From assembly GCF_009914755.1 (NCBI RefSeq), contig NC_060926.1: a stretch of DNA of 64,000 nt; one strand, 5' to 3'. This DNA is from the human T2T-CHM13v2.0 reference genome, Homo sapiens. The translations under genes were made by a program, and so were the position numbers. The notes beneath the pieces are model-generated. The model saw only the letters and a program-made list of their open reading frames with translations, was not told where the DNA came from and did not search any database. Shown piece after piece: positions 37,321 through 52,567 of the stretch (positions within the stretch are counted from its first letter, which is position 1; each line of letters starts with the position of its first letter).

Positions 37321-37792
37321 AAATTTTATTCATGTTTAAGAAACTTGTTATGCTCTAAACTTTAAAAATATTTTCCATCAAGTAAATGATCTGCCTTAGT
37401 ATACATCTGTGAACTGGAGTAGCTGGAGCTTACAAGGTCATTTCAAATACTGGAAGGAAATCTAGGGCAAAGTGTCTACCAAGGACTTCCTTCTATTTCT
37501 TTCCCTCTTGGGCCTATTGTTTTAAAAGACTTCATTAATTTATTAATTAAAATGATAAAACAAATTAAGATATCAAGATTTAACTCTCAAAGACAATTCC
37601 TAGGAAGTATAGAATAACCAGTGCTATCCCAGCGTAAAATCCTGAAAAAGCAAAAAGACTAGGTGTTTAACCTAGCCTTTATTCAACAGGTCAATGCAAG
37701 TCATGAGAATATTTTATTCAGTGCTCAATAAAATATTATGCAAATTATTAAAAGAATGGCATTCTAAAATTGAGTTAAAAAAGGGTATTCAC

Positions 37793-37937
37793 CACATGGG
37801 TTGATTGTAGAGCTAAGTGAAGCAACTCCAGTGGAAAGGCCACCTTTTGAAACTACTGAAGCCACAGAAGGTGTCGAAGATGAAGTTGGTGTAGTAGAGG
37901 AGGCTGCTGAGGATGGTAACCGTTCTCCAGACTCCAT
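37793..37937 (-). CDS. BAZ2B: BAZ2B first coding exon (exon 37793-37939 including 2 nt of 5'UTR); encodes MESGERLPSS...SSTINPC + G (phase 1)
   Basis: Minus strand reads ttctcatag|AT ATG GAG TCT GGA GAA CGG...AAC CCA TGT G|gtgaat; 145 coding nt; the peptide matches the BAZ2B N-terminus as I recall it and splices in frame to the exon at 13016. Confidence 0.93.
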
Positions 37938-39787
37938 ATCTATGAGAAGGGAAAATGTTAATTCTCAGTATCAGATAAAAAATTTTTTCAAAAGAATTCA
38001 ACATAAACTTTTTGTATACTTTTAAAAATATAAAATAAATTTCTAAATACATGTTCTTTGGAAAGAGAAAATATGGAGTAGATAAAAACAATATAATTTA
38101 AAATACCAACTTATGGAATAAGTTTAAGTATACCAAATCCTCTTGAGTTTTCTTATACCCCCCAAATTAATAGTGGTTTGAATATAGTAATTTCACACAA
38201 AATGTGTATTGCCACAACCATAAATTAACATGTTATATTCGTCTTATTCATCCCAAATTACCTCACATCAGTTCACTTGCAACAGAATTCCTATGTTACC
38301 TTAATGAATAATTAAAAAAAAACACCACCACATTTGAATGGTCTGCCCCCTTATCTTCTAAATACAGATAGCAATATACTTGTAGCTCTTAAGTGTCCAA
38401 GAATCTGGCCTGGGAATCCCCCCCATACCCCTCAAAACAGGCAAATACATTTCAGAGTTTAACTTGAGGCAAGTTTAAACTATGATTTCAAAATGGCCTT
38501 AGTTGTGACCCATTTAAAATGACAAAAGCACTTCTAATCATCTTTATTAATTTGTTGGGCTTTATGGTTGTAGCCTTGCATTGGTTTTATTGCAATAACT
38601 AATGCTGATATTAAAAATTTGGAATATAATGGGCATTTTATATTCATTTTAATACTCTATGCATGCACTGATCCCACAATCAAGCAAGAAAGTCATTAAA
38701 TTCACAGATGCTTTAAAGAGAACACGATCTACAATAAGAAAAAAGATACTGCTTGCCTATAAATGAATTTATGATCAGCCACATGAAAACTCTTACCATT
38801 TAAATAATCTAACTATAGAAAGATTTCTGTATTGAATTCTACAGGCAACTCACAGAAGAACTGTATCTTTACTAAGAAAAATAGTTGGATTTCATTTAAA
38901 AAATTGACTAATTAAAATAATGCAAGGCTAGTGTTTGCCTAATTGTTGATTGAATCCATAAAGTATGTAGATAATTTTTCTCATAAGATAAGATATATAT
39001 GGGGAAGGTAATCTTAAATTGACATGCAACATCATTAGAAAGACCATTTCAATGAGCCTTCTAATCATATAGAATTCAAAAACTTCTCTTCATATTCTAG
39101 TATTGCTGTAAATCACTTCCATAAATGACAGTACTGCTATGATGAGTCTGTCCATATTCTTACAGAATTTGTATTTCTCTTTATCAGCATTCATCATGGG
39201 AAAGGCATAGTTGCTACTGATGGCTGCATGCAACTAATGTTTAAAGAGTAGGTTTTGGGTCAGCAACAGTAACTAATGAACTCTGAGACATGTGGCTGTC
39301 TGATGGTAAGGCCCATAAAAATTATTTTTACCAAGTCTAATTTTCACTAAATACAAAAAATATGGACTCTTTACCTAGAAGTGAGTTTAGGAAAAAGCTA
39401 TTTTTTCTTTATAGCTGGTAACCTCATTGTCTTCAAGAATTCTATCTGCTACGTAAATATACTATGTAAAAAAAATAATGGAAGGGGTTTAAAAAAATTT
39501 GCCTTTGTACTCCACAGCAGAAGTAATTTGGTGACATAATAAGATAAGCACTTTAGCTGAGTACTTGGCATATAAGAGATCAATATAAAATAGTCATTAA
39601 CTTTTTATAGGATAATATGCTATGAAGTATAGGTATTTCTTATTGTTGATAAAACCTGATTCAGGACTAAAGTAAGGAAAATCAAGAAGGCAAAAGAAGT
39701 AGTCTTGTATACATACTGCTTAATGGATATTACTTTCCCTGAAGAATTAATCTGAATAATTATTTAAATAAACGCACATGCACAAAT

Positions 39788-39822
39788 ATGTGTGCGCGTG
39801 CACACACACACACACACTCACA
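39788..39822. repeat. (TG)/(CG)/(CA)n microsatellite
   Basis: atgtgtgcgcgtgcacacacacacacacactcaca. Confidence 0.8.
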
Positions 39823-40584
39823 GATAAAGTATCATTAGGTAAAGTGATATATACAACGTTGTTTGCTACAGTACTGCTTAAAAATAAAATTTAAAACTGG
39901 CAATGAGAGTAGAACTAGAGCTAGTAGTATAGGCTGGGGCCTTTTTTAGTTTCAGTAAAGGTGTAATTTTTTTTCTTCTATATCTGGTTCTTTTTGCTCA
40001 TTTAAGTAAGAAGGGGCTTAACTTCTTAAAAACATATGCTTATGTAACCATTTTCCTTAGAAGCTCTATTATAGACATTATTCATGTATTATTTTATTTC
40101 AACTATATTTATACTAGGTATTTTTAGCCTAAGATTTATTAGCTGGCTGAGTAGTCTTCTTGCATGTAAAGTACTAATTCTCTCATACTGGTCTTAAGTA
40201 GTTGTTGTTTTTAATAGGCATTTCTTAGTTCTAATAACCAAAAATTGGGTCAACTACTGCAAGTTCATCTTACACATACCCTTTTTTTGTCATTTTATAG
40301 AAATTTAACAAATCCACTCTAGCCTTTGCACTCTAGAATGAAGATTGTCTTATGCCTGAATTTACAAGGTTTAGTTTTAAGTCTTCTTTTTAAGTTAAAT
40401 ATTATTCTTTCAGTTTTATTTACTATCATCCCCTCTAAAGCACAAGAAATCCTGGCCATCAACTTGATAGTTAAAAGGTGAGAAGGCAATGCCTTTGTAA
40501 TTGTGAAATTGTATAACTGTGAAAAATCCACAAAACAATCATTGGCTTACCATATCGTAAGAACTAGTCAAAGAACAGGTATAG

Positions 40585-41345
40585 ATATGTAACAAACCTG
40601 CATGTTGTGCACATCTACCCTAGAACTTAAAGTATAATAAAAAATATATATATAAATAATAAAAACAAAATAAAATAATATGCACCAAAGGTTACTAAAA
40701 GCAGTGGGTCAAAATTTGAGGAGAAACAGGATATTTGCATAGTCTCAAAGTATCTCCTCCAAAATATCAATTAAATGAAAAGATGAAAAGAATAGTTTCA
40801 CAGTGGAGAAACAACATTACCTATAACAAAATATCAACATCATGTATTTTCTGATGCCCCAGAAGAGTCCATCACTTCTGTGGTATTCTTCCCAAAACTA
40901 CACAAACTCAGCTGAACCATGAGACACCACACAGACCCAAATTGAAAAACCATATACAAAATAACTGACTGGTATTCATCAAAAGTGTCACAGTCATGAA
41001 AGAAAGAAAAAAAAAAAGACTGTGGAATTGCCATAGGTTGGAGACTAAGGAGACTAGGAATTCCTTAGTGTGAGACCTAGGATCCCACAACTAAATGTGA
41101 TGTGGGATCCTAAGTTGGATTTTAGAACAAGAAAAGGATATTAATGGCAAAACTAGTGAAAATCACATAAGGTCTGTAGTTTAGTTAATAGTATTCTATC
41201 AATGTTAATTTCCTGATGTTTATAATTTTGATAATTGCACTCTGGTTATACAACTTATTAACATTAGGGGAAGCTGGATGAAAAATATATGTGAACTCTG
41301 TTTTTTATTTTTAGGTCTAAAATTATTTCAAAATAAAAAGTAAAA
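40585..41345 (+). mobile_element. Short L1PA 3' tail (40585-40680) followed by an L1MC/ME 3' fragment
   Basis: aacaaacctgcatgttgtgcacatctaccctagaacttaaagtataataaaa; then aaggtctgtagtttagttaatagt..aaattatttcaaaataaaa. Confidence 0.75.
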
Positions 41346-41499
41346 AAACAAACAAAAAAAAAAACCCACAAAGTCTTCCATATAGTAAGCACTAAAAAAA
41401 AAATACATATGCATTGAAGTTAAAGAGTATAAAAAACTAAACCTTGAAGGAATGAAGAACAGACTACATTGTGTCACTGAGATATTTGCTAATAAACAT

Positions 41500-41680
41500 T
41501 ATCTGGGTTCAAACACTGTGCCTGAAGTTTATTAGTTGTGATTTTGTAAAAATTATGTAATTTCTCTCAGTTCTCAATTTCCTCATGAGTGATTTCAAGA
41601 AGATGTAGTTGGGAGGATTAAATGAGATAATGCATGTAAAGGGTAGAGTACCTAGCATTTAATACTTGTTAGCTATTGTT
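41500..41680 (+). mobile_element. MIR
   Basis: ctgggttcaaa..ctcaatttcctcat..gaggattaaatgagataatgcatgtaaa. Confidence 0.75.
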
Positions 41681-42423
41681 TTTAATGAGTGAGCATCTAT
41701 GTATATAATTACCCATGTGTATATGTGGCAAGAAAAGAAACCTCAAGGTATTCTAAATTATTCATGTTAAAGTGAATATTTAAGAGTTATACTATTTATA
41801 GATTATGTATATCCTTACCATGGAATTATATTTTTAGCCAGATAGATTACGTGCTAAGAATTTAAAATAAATGTCTCATAATTGTACCGATATCAATGTG
41901 GTAAGGTACGTTATCTTAAAATTTTCCAAATAAGCTGATTTTTCATCTATAATACAAATACAGATGAAAAATTAATACATTCATTTTGTTGACAAAATAT
42001 GTTATCATGAGTTACTATTTATAATTCAAGCATAGTACATAAAAATCTGCAGAAACTCATTTATTCATATCTTTTTAGAAAAATATATTCATTAAAATAA
42101 AAACAGTTCAGGTATCCAAGAACCATCTATTCCTAGATTTCTGTTAGGGCCAGAGCATCCACATCTGACACCTACGCTCCTATAATGGCCTCTCGTTCTG
42201 ACCCTTTGTGTTAAGAATACTCCTTTCATCTTGGGTTCCAAATGATCACGAACTAACCCATTCTTTGTGTTCAAAACCAGCCTAGATATCACAGGATCAC
42301 AACAAATGGAGTATAATAACATGACCTCCCGTCTATAATTCAACAATGGAAGAATATCTAGTAGGTACATCTTTTAACTTAAGGCCATTCAAGAGATTAT
42401 AGTTTCTAATGTATAACTTGGTC

Positions 42424-42692
<269 letters not shown>

Positions 42693-42709
42693 CCTTATTT
42701 CAAAATTTA

Positions 42710-43037
<328 letters not shown>

Positions 43038-43211
43038 TGAGAAGAAAAGAAAAAAGAAGGTTAACTAGTTAAAAGACGACTATAACCACAAATTAACGCA
43101 AAACACTATAGTAAAAAAAAAAAAATGTTGTGAACCATGGGAGAAATATGTGCAAAAGATGAAGGGACTACAAATGATTTGATACATTATAGATGTTTCC
43201 TGTAGCCTAAA

Positions 43212-43430
43212 GCAGTGATTTTGGTTTTCTGACACACCATCTCCCCCACCAGGGAACATATGGGTGACATTTTCGGTTGTCACAACTGGAAAAGTGCTAA
43301 TGGCATTGAGTGGAGATAGAGGCCAGGGATGCTGTTAAATACCCTAAAATGGACAAGAAGAACAGTCTTCCCCTACAGAATTATCCAAACTAAGTTGTTA
43401 GTGTTGCTATGGATGAAAAACTCTGATCTA
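43212..43430 (+). mobile_element. MER20 (hAT-Charlie)
   Basis: gacattttcggttgtcacaactgg..gtgctaatggcat..gaggccagggatgctgttaaa. Confidence 0.8.
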
Positions 43431-46400
43431 AAATATCAAAAAGGGTATTATTTGAAATTCAACTAGCTAAAACTTTAATAGTAATTCTATATAACTATAA
43501 TAGTAAGGTGAGTCAAGCTGATTTTGATGACCCAAAGCTACTGTAATAAGTGATAAAATTATACTCAACATCTTTTGTGTCAGCATCCTTCTAAGAGTCT
43601 AATATTTCACATTTTATCCAAATGTTTAAACACTGATAATGTATCACATGTAATTAACACACATCACAATGCTCACTCATACTGGGTAACATACATTTGC
43701 TGTATTTTACTAAAATGACATTTATCTATAACAATTCTGAGCGCAAATAAAAATCCAAATTTATGAAAATGACAGACCACAACTTCTTCCCTGCATGATG
43801 ATTTTATGTACTATAAAAGGATTCAATGATCAGTTGTTAATGATAATATTGTTCAAGTTTATGTATCTCAAGTATTCCTGTTTTGTGTAATCATAGAGTT
43901 CATGAACACTGACAGCTGGTAGGTGTAAACCTGAACAGGTGCTAACAGGGAGACCAAGACACGTTGCCTGAGATATGTAAACATGATTAGTTCCCTGTGT
44001 TTCAGGTGCACTGATACTTTAGTGTTGCCATATACCGTCAAGAAAAGCAAGGTAATAAAAAAAAAAGTATAGCCACAGATTAAAGATGCAGAAATTACAA
44101 ATAAAAATAGACTTAGATATTTTTCCTGAAAGGACTTTTTTTAAAGAATGATTTTATTTGTACTAACAGTAGCAAAAGTTATCTGTGGGAGTTCAAAACA
44201 CAGCAGATTCAGTGAGTCCTTACTTTTCCTTTATAATGTAACCTCAGAGAAATATGATAATTAGGAAGAATATCAGGAGGTAGTCACTATGCTACTTCTT
44301 TTGGTTTATCAGAACCACTAAGAGTAGAGTTTTATTATACAAGTTCAATATTTTCTAAAAATTCTGAGAAAGGTTTACATATAATTATTTGTTTAGACAA
44401 CTTCCAGGCAACTGAACATTTGAACATATAAAACTTCAAGATATTAAATAGCAAAACAGAAACAAAAACCAGGCAACAAATGAAAAATCTTCTGTTAAAG
44501 GACATTCAGAAATAGGGGATGTGGCCGAAATACCTTATCAGACAGCAGACAAAATTATTCTTTGAAAATAATATGTTCATAGGAAAAAGATTCTATTCAT
44601 AAAATTTTTATTTACCTAAATTTTCTGAAACAGAATTTCAAAGAATTAAGTATGGTATACAGTGGTTTAAAATGTGAATATGTAAAATGAATTGCTTTTT
44701 TTGTCATTTGACACATTTTACCACTATAAACAAACAATTTATTACATCCTCAAACAGAACTGGCTGGCAACCAGGTGTTCTGTGTGTTAACCTGTGATAT
44801 TCAGCAAGTTTCAGACTCCCCTAAATACTAGTTTCCTTACCTAAAAAATTATGAGATTGAATTAAACCAGCTCTCAAGTTTCTATCAGAGTTTTACAAAA
44901 TTGGTGGTTAAAAAACAACTGACCCCCAAAACCAACAAAAAACACACACAAAATTAATACTGCATTGAAATATTTAACAATTTAATTCCATTTTGTCCTT
45001 ATCATTCTTTTCATTGGCAGTCTTGATTCTATCTCCAAATGTGTATCATGTTAAATTATAGATTTCTGTTAAATCTTTTAAAGATTTACTCTTGTTGTAC
45101 TTCTATCTCAAAAGACCTGATGGTGAGAAATTATCCAAGGGTAAAAGCAGTGGTTTTCATATTGCTCAGCGAATAATCTATTCAGAGAGTATCCCTTTCC
45201 ATCCAAAGGATTAAATATTCCTTTGCAATGAGCTATCTGTGGGGAAGACGTTATCCTAAGACTTATGAAAAAGATATAAAAGATAATAAGAGTTAAGAAA
45301 GATTTAATATCTCTATATCAACTAAATTGTAGGTATAGTCTGTGAATTTAAATACTAACTAGACTTAGAAATGTCTAACAAGGAAACGAAGGTTAGAAAG
45401 ATAAAGAGAGATATGGTGTATGGTTAGCTGATCCTTTCATCTACAAATCCAAGGGGCTCCAAAGAACAAGCAAAAGACCTAAAACTTTGCTTAACTAAGA
45501 AACACAATTAAAATTTTAATTAGAATATTTAAGATAGTTCTGGAAAGCAACTGAAACCAATGCATGAGATGAAAAAATAAAGCAGAGAATCAAACAGAAA
45601 TCATATTACTCTATATAAAATATCCATGTATACTCAGAAGCCCAGGAAGCAAAGTCTAAGTACTACATGTCTGATGAACTAAAATAAAAAGTCCCTTTTA
45701 ATAGGAAAGATGCAGAACCATATAACAGGAACAATATACCTCTTAAAGAACAAAGTGGGGATAACAGGTTGTGAATACCGTGCAAAAAATGTGGGCTTTT
45801 CTTTTTCTTCTTCTTTTTTTTTTTTCTTTTGTGCTGGTCACCCTCACATTAGGTTTGTCTTTTTAGTATTACCACTTTCCTACTCAAAAGTCTTCAAAGG
45901 AATATATATCCTAGAAATATACTCAAACACATTGGTAAATGTATACATAAAGGATATTTATTACACCACTATAATGGCAAAAGACTTTTAAAAACACATT
46001 TCCATCAATAAAGAATTGTTAAATTAGATTTTAAAAATCTTTACTAGATTACTATGCAGGTGTTCAAAAAGAAAGAGGTAGACCTATACTAGCTAATATG
46101 TTAAATATAAAGAGCAAGGTGGTGGAGACTATAAATAGCAAGATCTCATTTGTGATAAAGAAAAATAAGAGGAAGATATATTCATATACTTGTATGCTCA
46201 TAGACTATTTCTAGAAAAACATGTAAGAAATTTGTAACTGTATTTACTTCTAGGCAATGGGGAAACTGGATTCTAGGATGGGATAATTATTTTTCACCAC
46301 ATATTTTTTCTGCTTGAATGTTTTACCATGTGATTGTATTAATGACAGTTAAGTCAACAAAAAGAGAAAGATTTCTAAAGGTTTGTTATTGCTAGAAATT

Positions 46401-46919
46401 ACCTTTCAAAATGCTCCAGAGTCTTATGCTACCTTTAAGTCTTAGGAAGCAGGGAACCTACTCCCAGTAACCTTGAAATAGAGGCTCTAGCTCTGGCCCA
46501 CATACCAACTACTTGTGTCAAGGATCTTCTTTTGTATGTTTTGTACATTGTGATTCTATGTGAGATTTTGTTTAAAGAAAAGGTCCCAGTGCTTTTTTAA
46601 AAAGGTGGTAAACCATTGGTTTAATGAATATCAGTTCTCACTCCAGTTCTTAATAACATGGGTATCTTTCTAATCCTACTCACTGTGATGTCAGAGTCTG
46701 AATCCTCACCTTCAAGTAGGAGGCACTTTCACTGTTCCCTGGTCTTTAATTTCTAATTTCAAACCACTGCCCACGGTATCTTAAATCTTATTTCCTCATG
46801 GTGATCATATTCCTAGTTCTGCATCCTAAACATCTAGACTCTGACCTGTTGAGTCAATCACCTACTTGGGGAGGTTTTAAGTGATTTATTTTGTTATCTA
46901 TCCACTATTCCCTTTCCAA

Positions 46920-47232
46920 GTTTCAACAAGAGAAGCAAACAACCAGAAGAAAGAACTTCAGAGCTTGAAGACAAGGCTTTTGAATTAATCCAATCAGATA
47001 AAGAAAAAAAAAAAGAATTTAAAAAAATGAACAAAGCTTCCGAGGAGTCTGGGATTATGTTAAATGACCAAAGATAAGAATAATAGTGTTCCTGAGAAAG
47101 AGGAAAAATCTAAGTTTGGAAAACTTATTTGAAAGAATAATCAAGAAAAACTTCCCTGGCCTCGCTAGAGATCTAGACATCCAAATACAAGAAGCTCAAA
47201 GGACAGCTGGAAAATTAATCACAAAACGATCA
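46920..47232 (+). mobile_element. L1 ORF1 fragment
   Basis: ORF 47086..47313 contains ENLFERII..NFPGLARDLDIQIQEAQRT (ORF1p-like). Confidence 0.85.
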
Positions 47233-47284
47233 GGATTACAGGCCACAGCCCAATTGGATTTTTTTTTTAACACAAAGAATTGGA

Positions 47285-47590
47285 TTTTTTATTTTTATTT
47301 TTTAATTTTTTAGACAGAGTCTCACTCTGTTGCTCAGGCTGGAGTATAGCAGTGCAATCTCGGCTACTGCAATCTCCACCTCCTGGGTTCCAGTAATTCT
47401 TCCGCTTCAGCCTCCCAAGTAGCTGGGACTACAGGTGCCTGCCATCACTCCTGGCTAATTTTTGTATTTTTAATAGACACAGGATTTCACCATGTTGCCC
47501 AGGCTGGTCTTGAACTCCTGACCTTAAGTGATCCACCCGCCTCGGCCTCCCAAAGTGCTGGGATTACAGGTGTTAGCTACCGCACCCACC
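47285..47590 (-). mobile_element. AluS
   Basis: Antisense dimer. Confidence 0.9.
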
Positions 47591-47594
47591 AATA

Positions 47595-47765
47595 ATTGGA
47601 TTGCTTTTAACACAAAGAAAGGATAAACACTTCAGGTGATGGATATCCCATTTACCCTGATGTGATTATAATGCATTGTATGCCTGTATCAAAATATCTC
47701 ATGTATCACATAATATATGCCATGTACCCACAACATTTGAAAATAAAAAAGAACAAAAAAAAGAA
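47595..47765 (+). mobile_element. L1MA-like 3' end
   Basis: aacacaaagaaaggataaa..ggtgatggatatcccatttaccctgatgtgatt..A-rich tail. Confidence 0.8.
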
Positions 47766-48399
47766 ATACACCAAAATGTTAACGATGGTTCTCAGAATGG
47801 TGAAATTATAAATGACTAATTTGTTTTTATACTTTTCATTGGTTTTTTATATGTTTCAGTCTATTTCAATTTTCCACATTAAAAAATATTACACAAAAAT
47901 GAAACACACCCATTTTCTGTTTTTTTAGGGGGAAGAACTAACCTTAAAATTTATATTTAGCATAGGAAAAACTACTGATCACAAGGTGATCAACAATGAA
48001 ATGAGCTATTTTACAGAGGTAAAATCTATCCTTGATGATACTTTAGGAAGCTGATTAATAGTCATTTCTCCAGGATGGTCCAGAAGAAGTGAATTAGTCA
48101 CAAACTCTGGAGCTTCATTTCCAGGTACCATTAACCTAAAGAGTCACAAAATTTCAGTAACACTAAAAAGAAATAATTTTACATTAAAAAGCCACATGTA
48201 TTTTGAGAACCAACCTATCAGTGTTACTGGCCTATTCACTAACCAAAAAGCAAGATTCTAGATTAACTCATAAAGCCTATTTCCTCTCATTTACGCTCTT
48301 CCCCTAATAATGAAGAGACAGCATACTATCCATGGATAGGTATTTCTTGATGTCCAATATGTTACACCACTGAGTCGCTGATTATTCAAGTTATCAAGA

Positions 48400-48840
48400 A
48401 CAAACTTGATAGAAATGGAAAAACAGCAATGAAATAGAAGACATAAAGAAAACTAATAGAAACTTTAGAACTGACAACAGTAATCTGAATAAAAAACTCA
48501 CGAATGGACTCAATAGCAAAATGAAGATGATAAAAAAAAAGAGCCAATGAACTCAAAGGTAGATCAATAGAAATTATCCAGTCTGAACAACAGACAAAAT
48601 AAGCATTGAAAAACAGTTAAAACTGACCCAGGGACCTGTGAGACGATAACAAAATGTCTGAGATTCATGTCAACAGAATCTTAGGGGAGGAAAAATGGTG
48701 TAGAGTTGAAAAATTATTTGAAGAGGTGGTGGCTAAAAACTTTTCATTTTTGGTTAAAGACATAAAAACCTAAAGATTCAAGAAGATGAGCAAACCCCAA
48801 ACCGGATAAACCGAAAAAGAAATTGAAATCTAGACTGAAA
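48400..48840 (+). mobile_element. Old L1M ORF1-region fragment
   Basis: aaggtagatcaatagaaattatccagtctgaacaacag..cagggacctgtgagac..agattcaagaagatgagcaaacccca. Confidence 0.65.
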
Positions 48841-48841
48841 T

Positions 48842-49136
<295 letters not shown>

Positions 49137-49730
49137 TTAGAAAAAGAAATCTAGACAGAAATGAACAAAATGGACAATTTTCAACTATACAGCTTTCATC
49201 AATTTATTCCTTGAAAGTAAGCTGAAGCTTGGAATTACATTATATTGGTTTTCACCTATTCTTTCTTAGTCAATGTCAAAAACTAACTTCTTATAATGTT
49301 AATTTTTTCCTACATTTATGACAAAATTTCATAAATGCTAGCGTCTAAAAGAATACATAGCAAAATCATGCTTTAATTCTTTTTGTAAATACTAAATTTA
49401 CTTATAATTAATAATTCTTAATCGAGAAACCATACATCAAACAGATATGAAATATATAGATGAAACATGTAAGATAGTCAAATCTCCCCTTGTTACACTT
49501 TTCAATCCAAGCTTTAAAAAACGGTCCAATTATTTTAAACAAAATTTTATAATGCAGAAGTCCAAAATAGCAATAGAATCTACGCGACCTCCTAGAAGTT
49601 TACTAGCATGGGTATGACCCATCTAACCTAAACCAAATCTTAGTATTATGGTTTCATATTAACATTTCACGTTAACTCTTTCCAGATTGATAATATCAAA
49701 AGTAAACCTTGACGTTTTGGGTTTTAGAGT

Positions 49731-49963
49731 TTTTTTGTTTGTTTGTTTGCTTTGAGACATGGTCTCACTCTGTCTCCCAGCCTGGAGTGCAGTGGCGTGA
49801 TCACAGCTTACTGACTGCAGCCTCGATCTTCCCTGCTCAAGCAGTCCTCCCACCTGAGCCTCCTGAGTAGCTAGGAGACCACAGGCTCATGCCAGCACAC
49901 CTGGCTATTTTTTTTTTATTTTTATTTTTGAAGAGATGGGATCTCCCTATGTTGCTCAGGCTA
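49731..49963 (-). mobile_element. AluJ-like partial
   Basis: gtgatcacagcttactg..ctcaagcagtcctcccacc. Confidence 0.85.
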
Positions 49964-50638
49964 GTAACTTGAAGGTTTTAAAGGGGATATAAATGCTATA
50001 GACACATAAAGAAATTAACATTTAACACACACTGTGCTTTGGTTAGCACATTGCAAACCTCTGGAGCTCCAGCATGCATCCCTGGTCAGCTTCCATTTTT
50101 CTCAGAGGTCTCCATTAACGTAGGCAAGATTGACAACAAAATGCACCTATAACATGCTTTCTGACATTACTGGTCTTGTCTAGAATGCATGAAAACTTCC
50201 CCCAAAAACAGCTTTTTCAGAACCTATTATAAAGATCTGCAAAAACCCAGAAGTTTGCAGGAGTCTATTTTATGGCTACTATTAAGTTTATATAAATTTT
50301 ACCTGTTTAATATGTCTGAGGGTCATATTAACCTTAAAACAAAATTTTTAAAGCAGGCTCACAAAAATTTATTCTAGTCCTATCAACACTCACTAATGTA
50401 TGTCCTCCCTCCTTTAGTTGGCTATTGATATCAATAACAAGGCTTAGAAATATGCAACAACCAAATTGCTTATAGATTTAAAAGGTAATTTCAAACATTC
50501 CCAATTTAAGTAATGTGCACTTCTGATGTTTAATGGTTTCTAAACTAATGATTGCTAGTTTAACACGTGCCTATCTGCTAGAAAGGAGGTATATAATAAT
50601 ACTAGTGTTTGGGAGAAAATTAACTCTCTAATTGATGA

Positions 50639-50989
<351 letters not shown>

Positions 50990-52417
50990 TTAGAGCTCTA
51001 AACTGATATTCAAATTTTTAGCAATCATATTACTTTAAAACTTCCCATAGGCTATAATAGAAGTCAAAATTCTCCTATTAATAATTAACTATTATAGCCA
51101 ACTGTTGCTGAAGATAGTCATTATTACCATCCTAATTCTTCTTTTTATTTCTCTGACCTGAACTGTCATCTAATTCATTCCTCTTTCCCCATGAACCAAT
51201 TCATTGACAAAAGTCATGTGGCAGCACATATCTATTCTCCCATTCGTATTAACAACAAAATTATACTGAAACTCCTTAGGCTTGACCTTATAGGCTTACT
51301 TATTTCTCAAAACTTACTTTCTCTGTATTTCCAATCAAACTTAATTAGTCACCATCACCTGGTTCTTGCACCATACTTTCCCAAATCCTTAATTCCAACT
51401 GCATCCCTCTCCTTAACATGTTCTTCATCCCTTGCCCCATAATTGCATATCAAATCCTTCCTATGCTTTAAACCCCAGGTCAAAGTGACACCATGAATGA
51501 CACCCCTGACAAGGATACCCATAAATTACCTAAGCTGAAAGTCAGATATCCCAAACCCTTAGCACTGTTGACTGCTGACAATTTGGAGAAGTCAAAGTTC
51601 TAAATCCATAATAAAGTATTTTATCACTGTCTCTTTCACTGCACTTACCATATTTTATCCTGTATTACAACTATGAACTTGCATACATTTGCCTAAGAAT
51701 TAGTAAGCTTATGGGAGTAGAAATCATGTTTTTAGTATCTTACATTTCCCAGAGCCTTAGAGGAATACTTTGCTTAAAACAGTTGCTTATTGAATGTTTG
51801 TTGAATAAATGAAAATGTGTCTTCATTATTTATGTGCCTTAAATTAATACTTCATATTTTAAAACAAAAATATGACAAGAAAAACAGCAACACTGTAACT
51901 ATTAAGTTATAAAATCTGGATATTGGAGCTAGTATTTTATCAAGTCTGTTTCAAAATTATCACAGATTTTAAAATTCAAAGAAAATAATTGATTAAAAAT
52001 AATTGTATTTCATACTTCAATGACAGAAGTCATTATCAACACTTCCAATTCAAACTCAGAATTATAGTATTTTTGTTGTTATCTGTTTTTACATTTGTAG
52101 TCCTTGCTTTTAACATGTCAAAAATCTCAGTTAATGTGCCAACAACCTCTGTTTTTGACACTTTCGGCACCAACACTAACATAATAATACAATTACTGAA
52201 AACACAGTTCTTTTGATCCTCAAAATACAGTAAACTAGTAAAACTAAAATATCTAAAAGTCACTTTAAACAGTTCTTTTGTGTGGTTATACCTTCAACTA
52301 GACACAAAATCAGGTCCACTCATTACATTTCATTGCAATTTTTAAGGACAGCATTCAACCATACAGCAAGCAATTCAGATGAACCCAAAATCAATGTATC
52401 AAAAGTAATATCTAAAA

Positions 52418-52567
52418 GTGCACTGTCCAATAGGACAGCCATTAACCACATGCAGAAAATTACATTTAAATTAATTAAAATTAAATAAAATTTAAAAGTC
52501 ACACTAGCCATATTTTAAGTGCTCAACAGCTATCACATCATTATAGAAAGTTTTATGGCACAGTGTC
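52418..52567. mobile_element. MER33/MER3-like hAT fragment
   Basis: gcactgtccaatag..aaattaattaaaattaaataaaattt..cactagccatattttaagtgctcaa..atagaaagttttat. Confidence 0.7.

Noticed and set aside
37790-37797. Tandem GT donor 3 nt upstream of the first coding exon's donor
   Set aside because: Use would create T|GA (stop) and the site has a poor consensus; no support from sequence alone.
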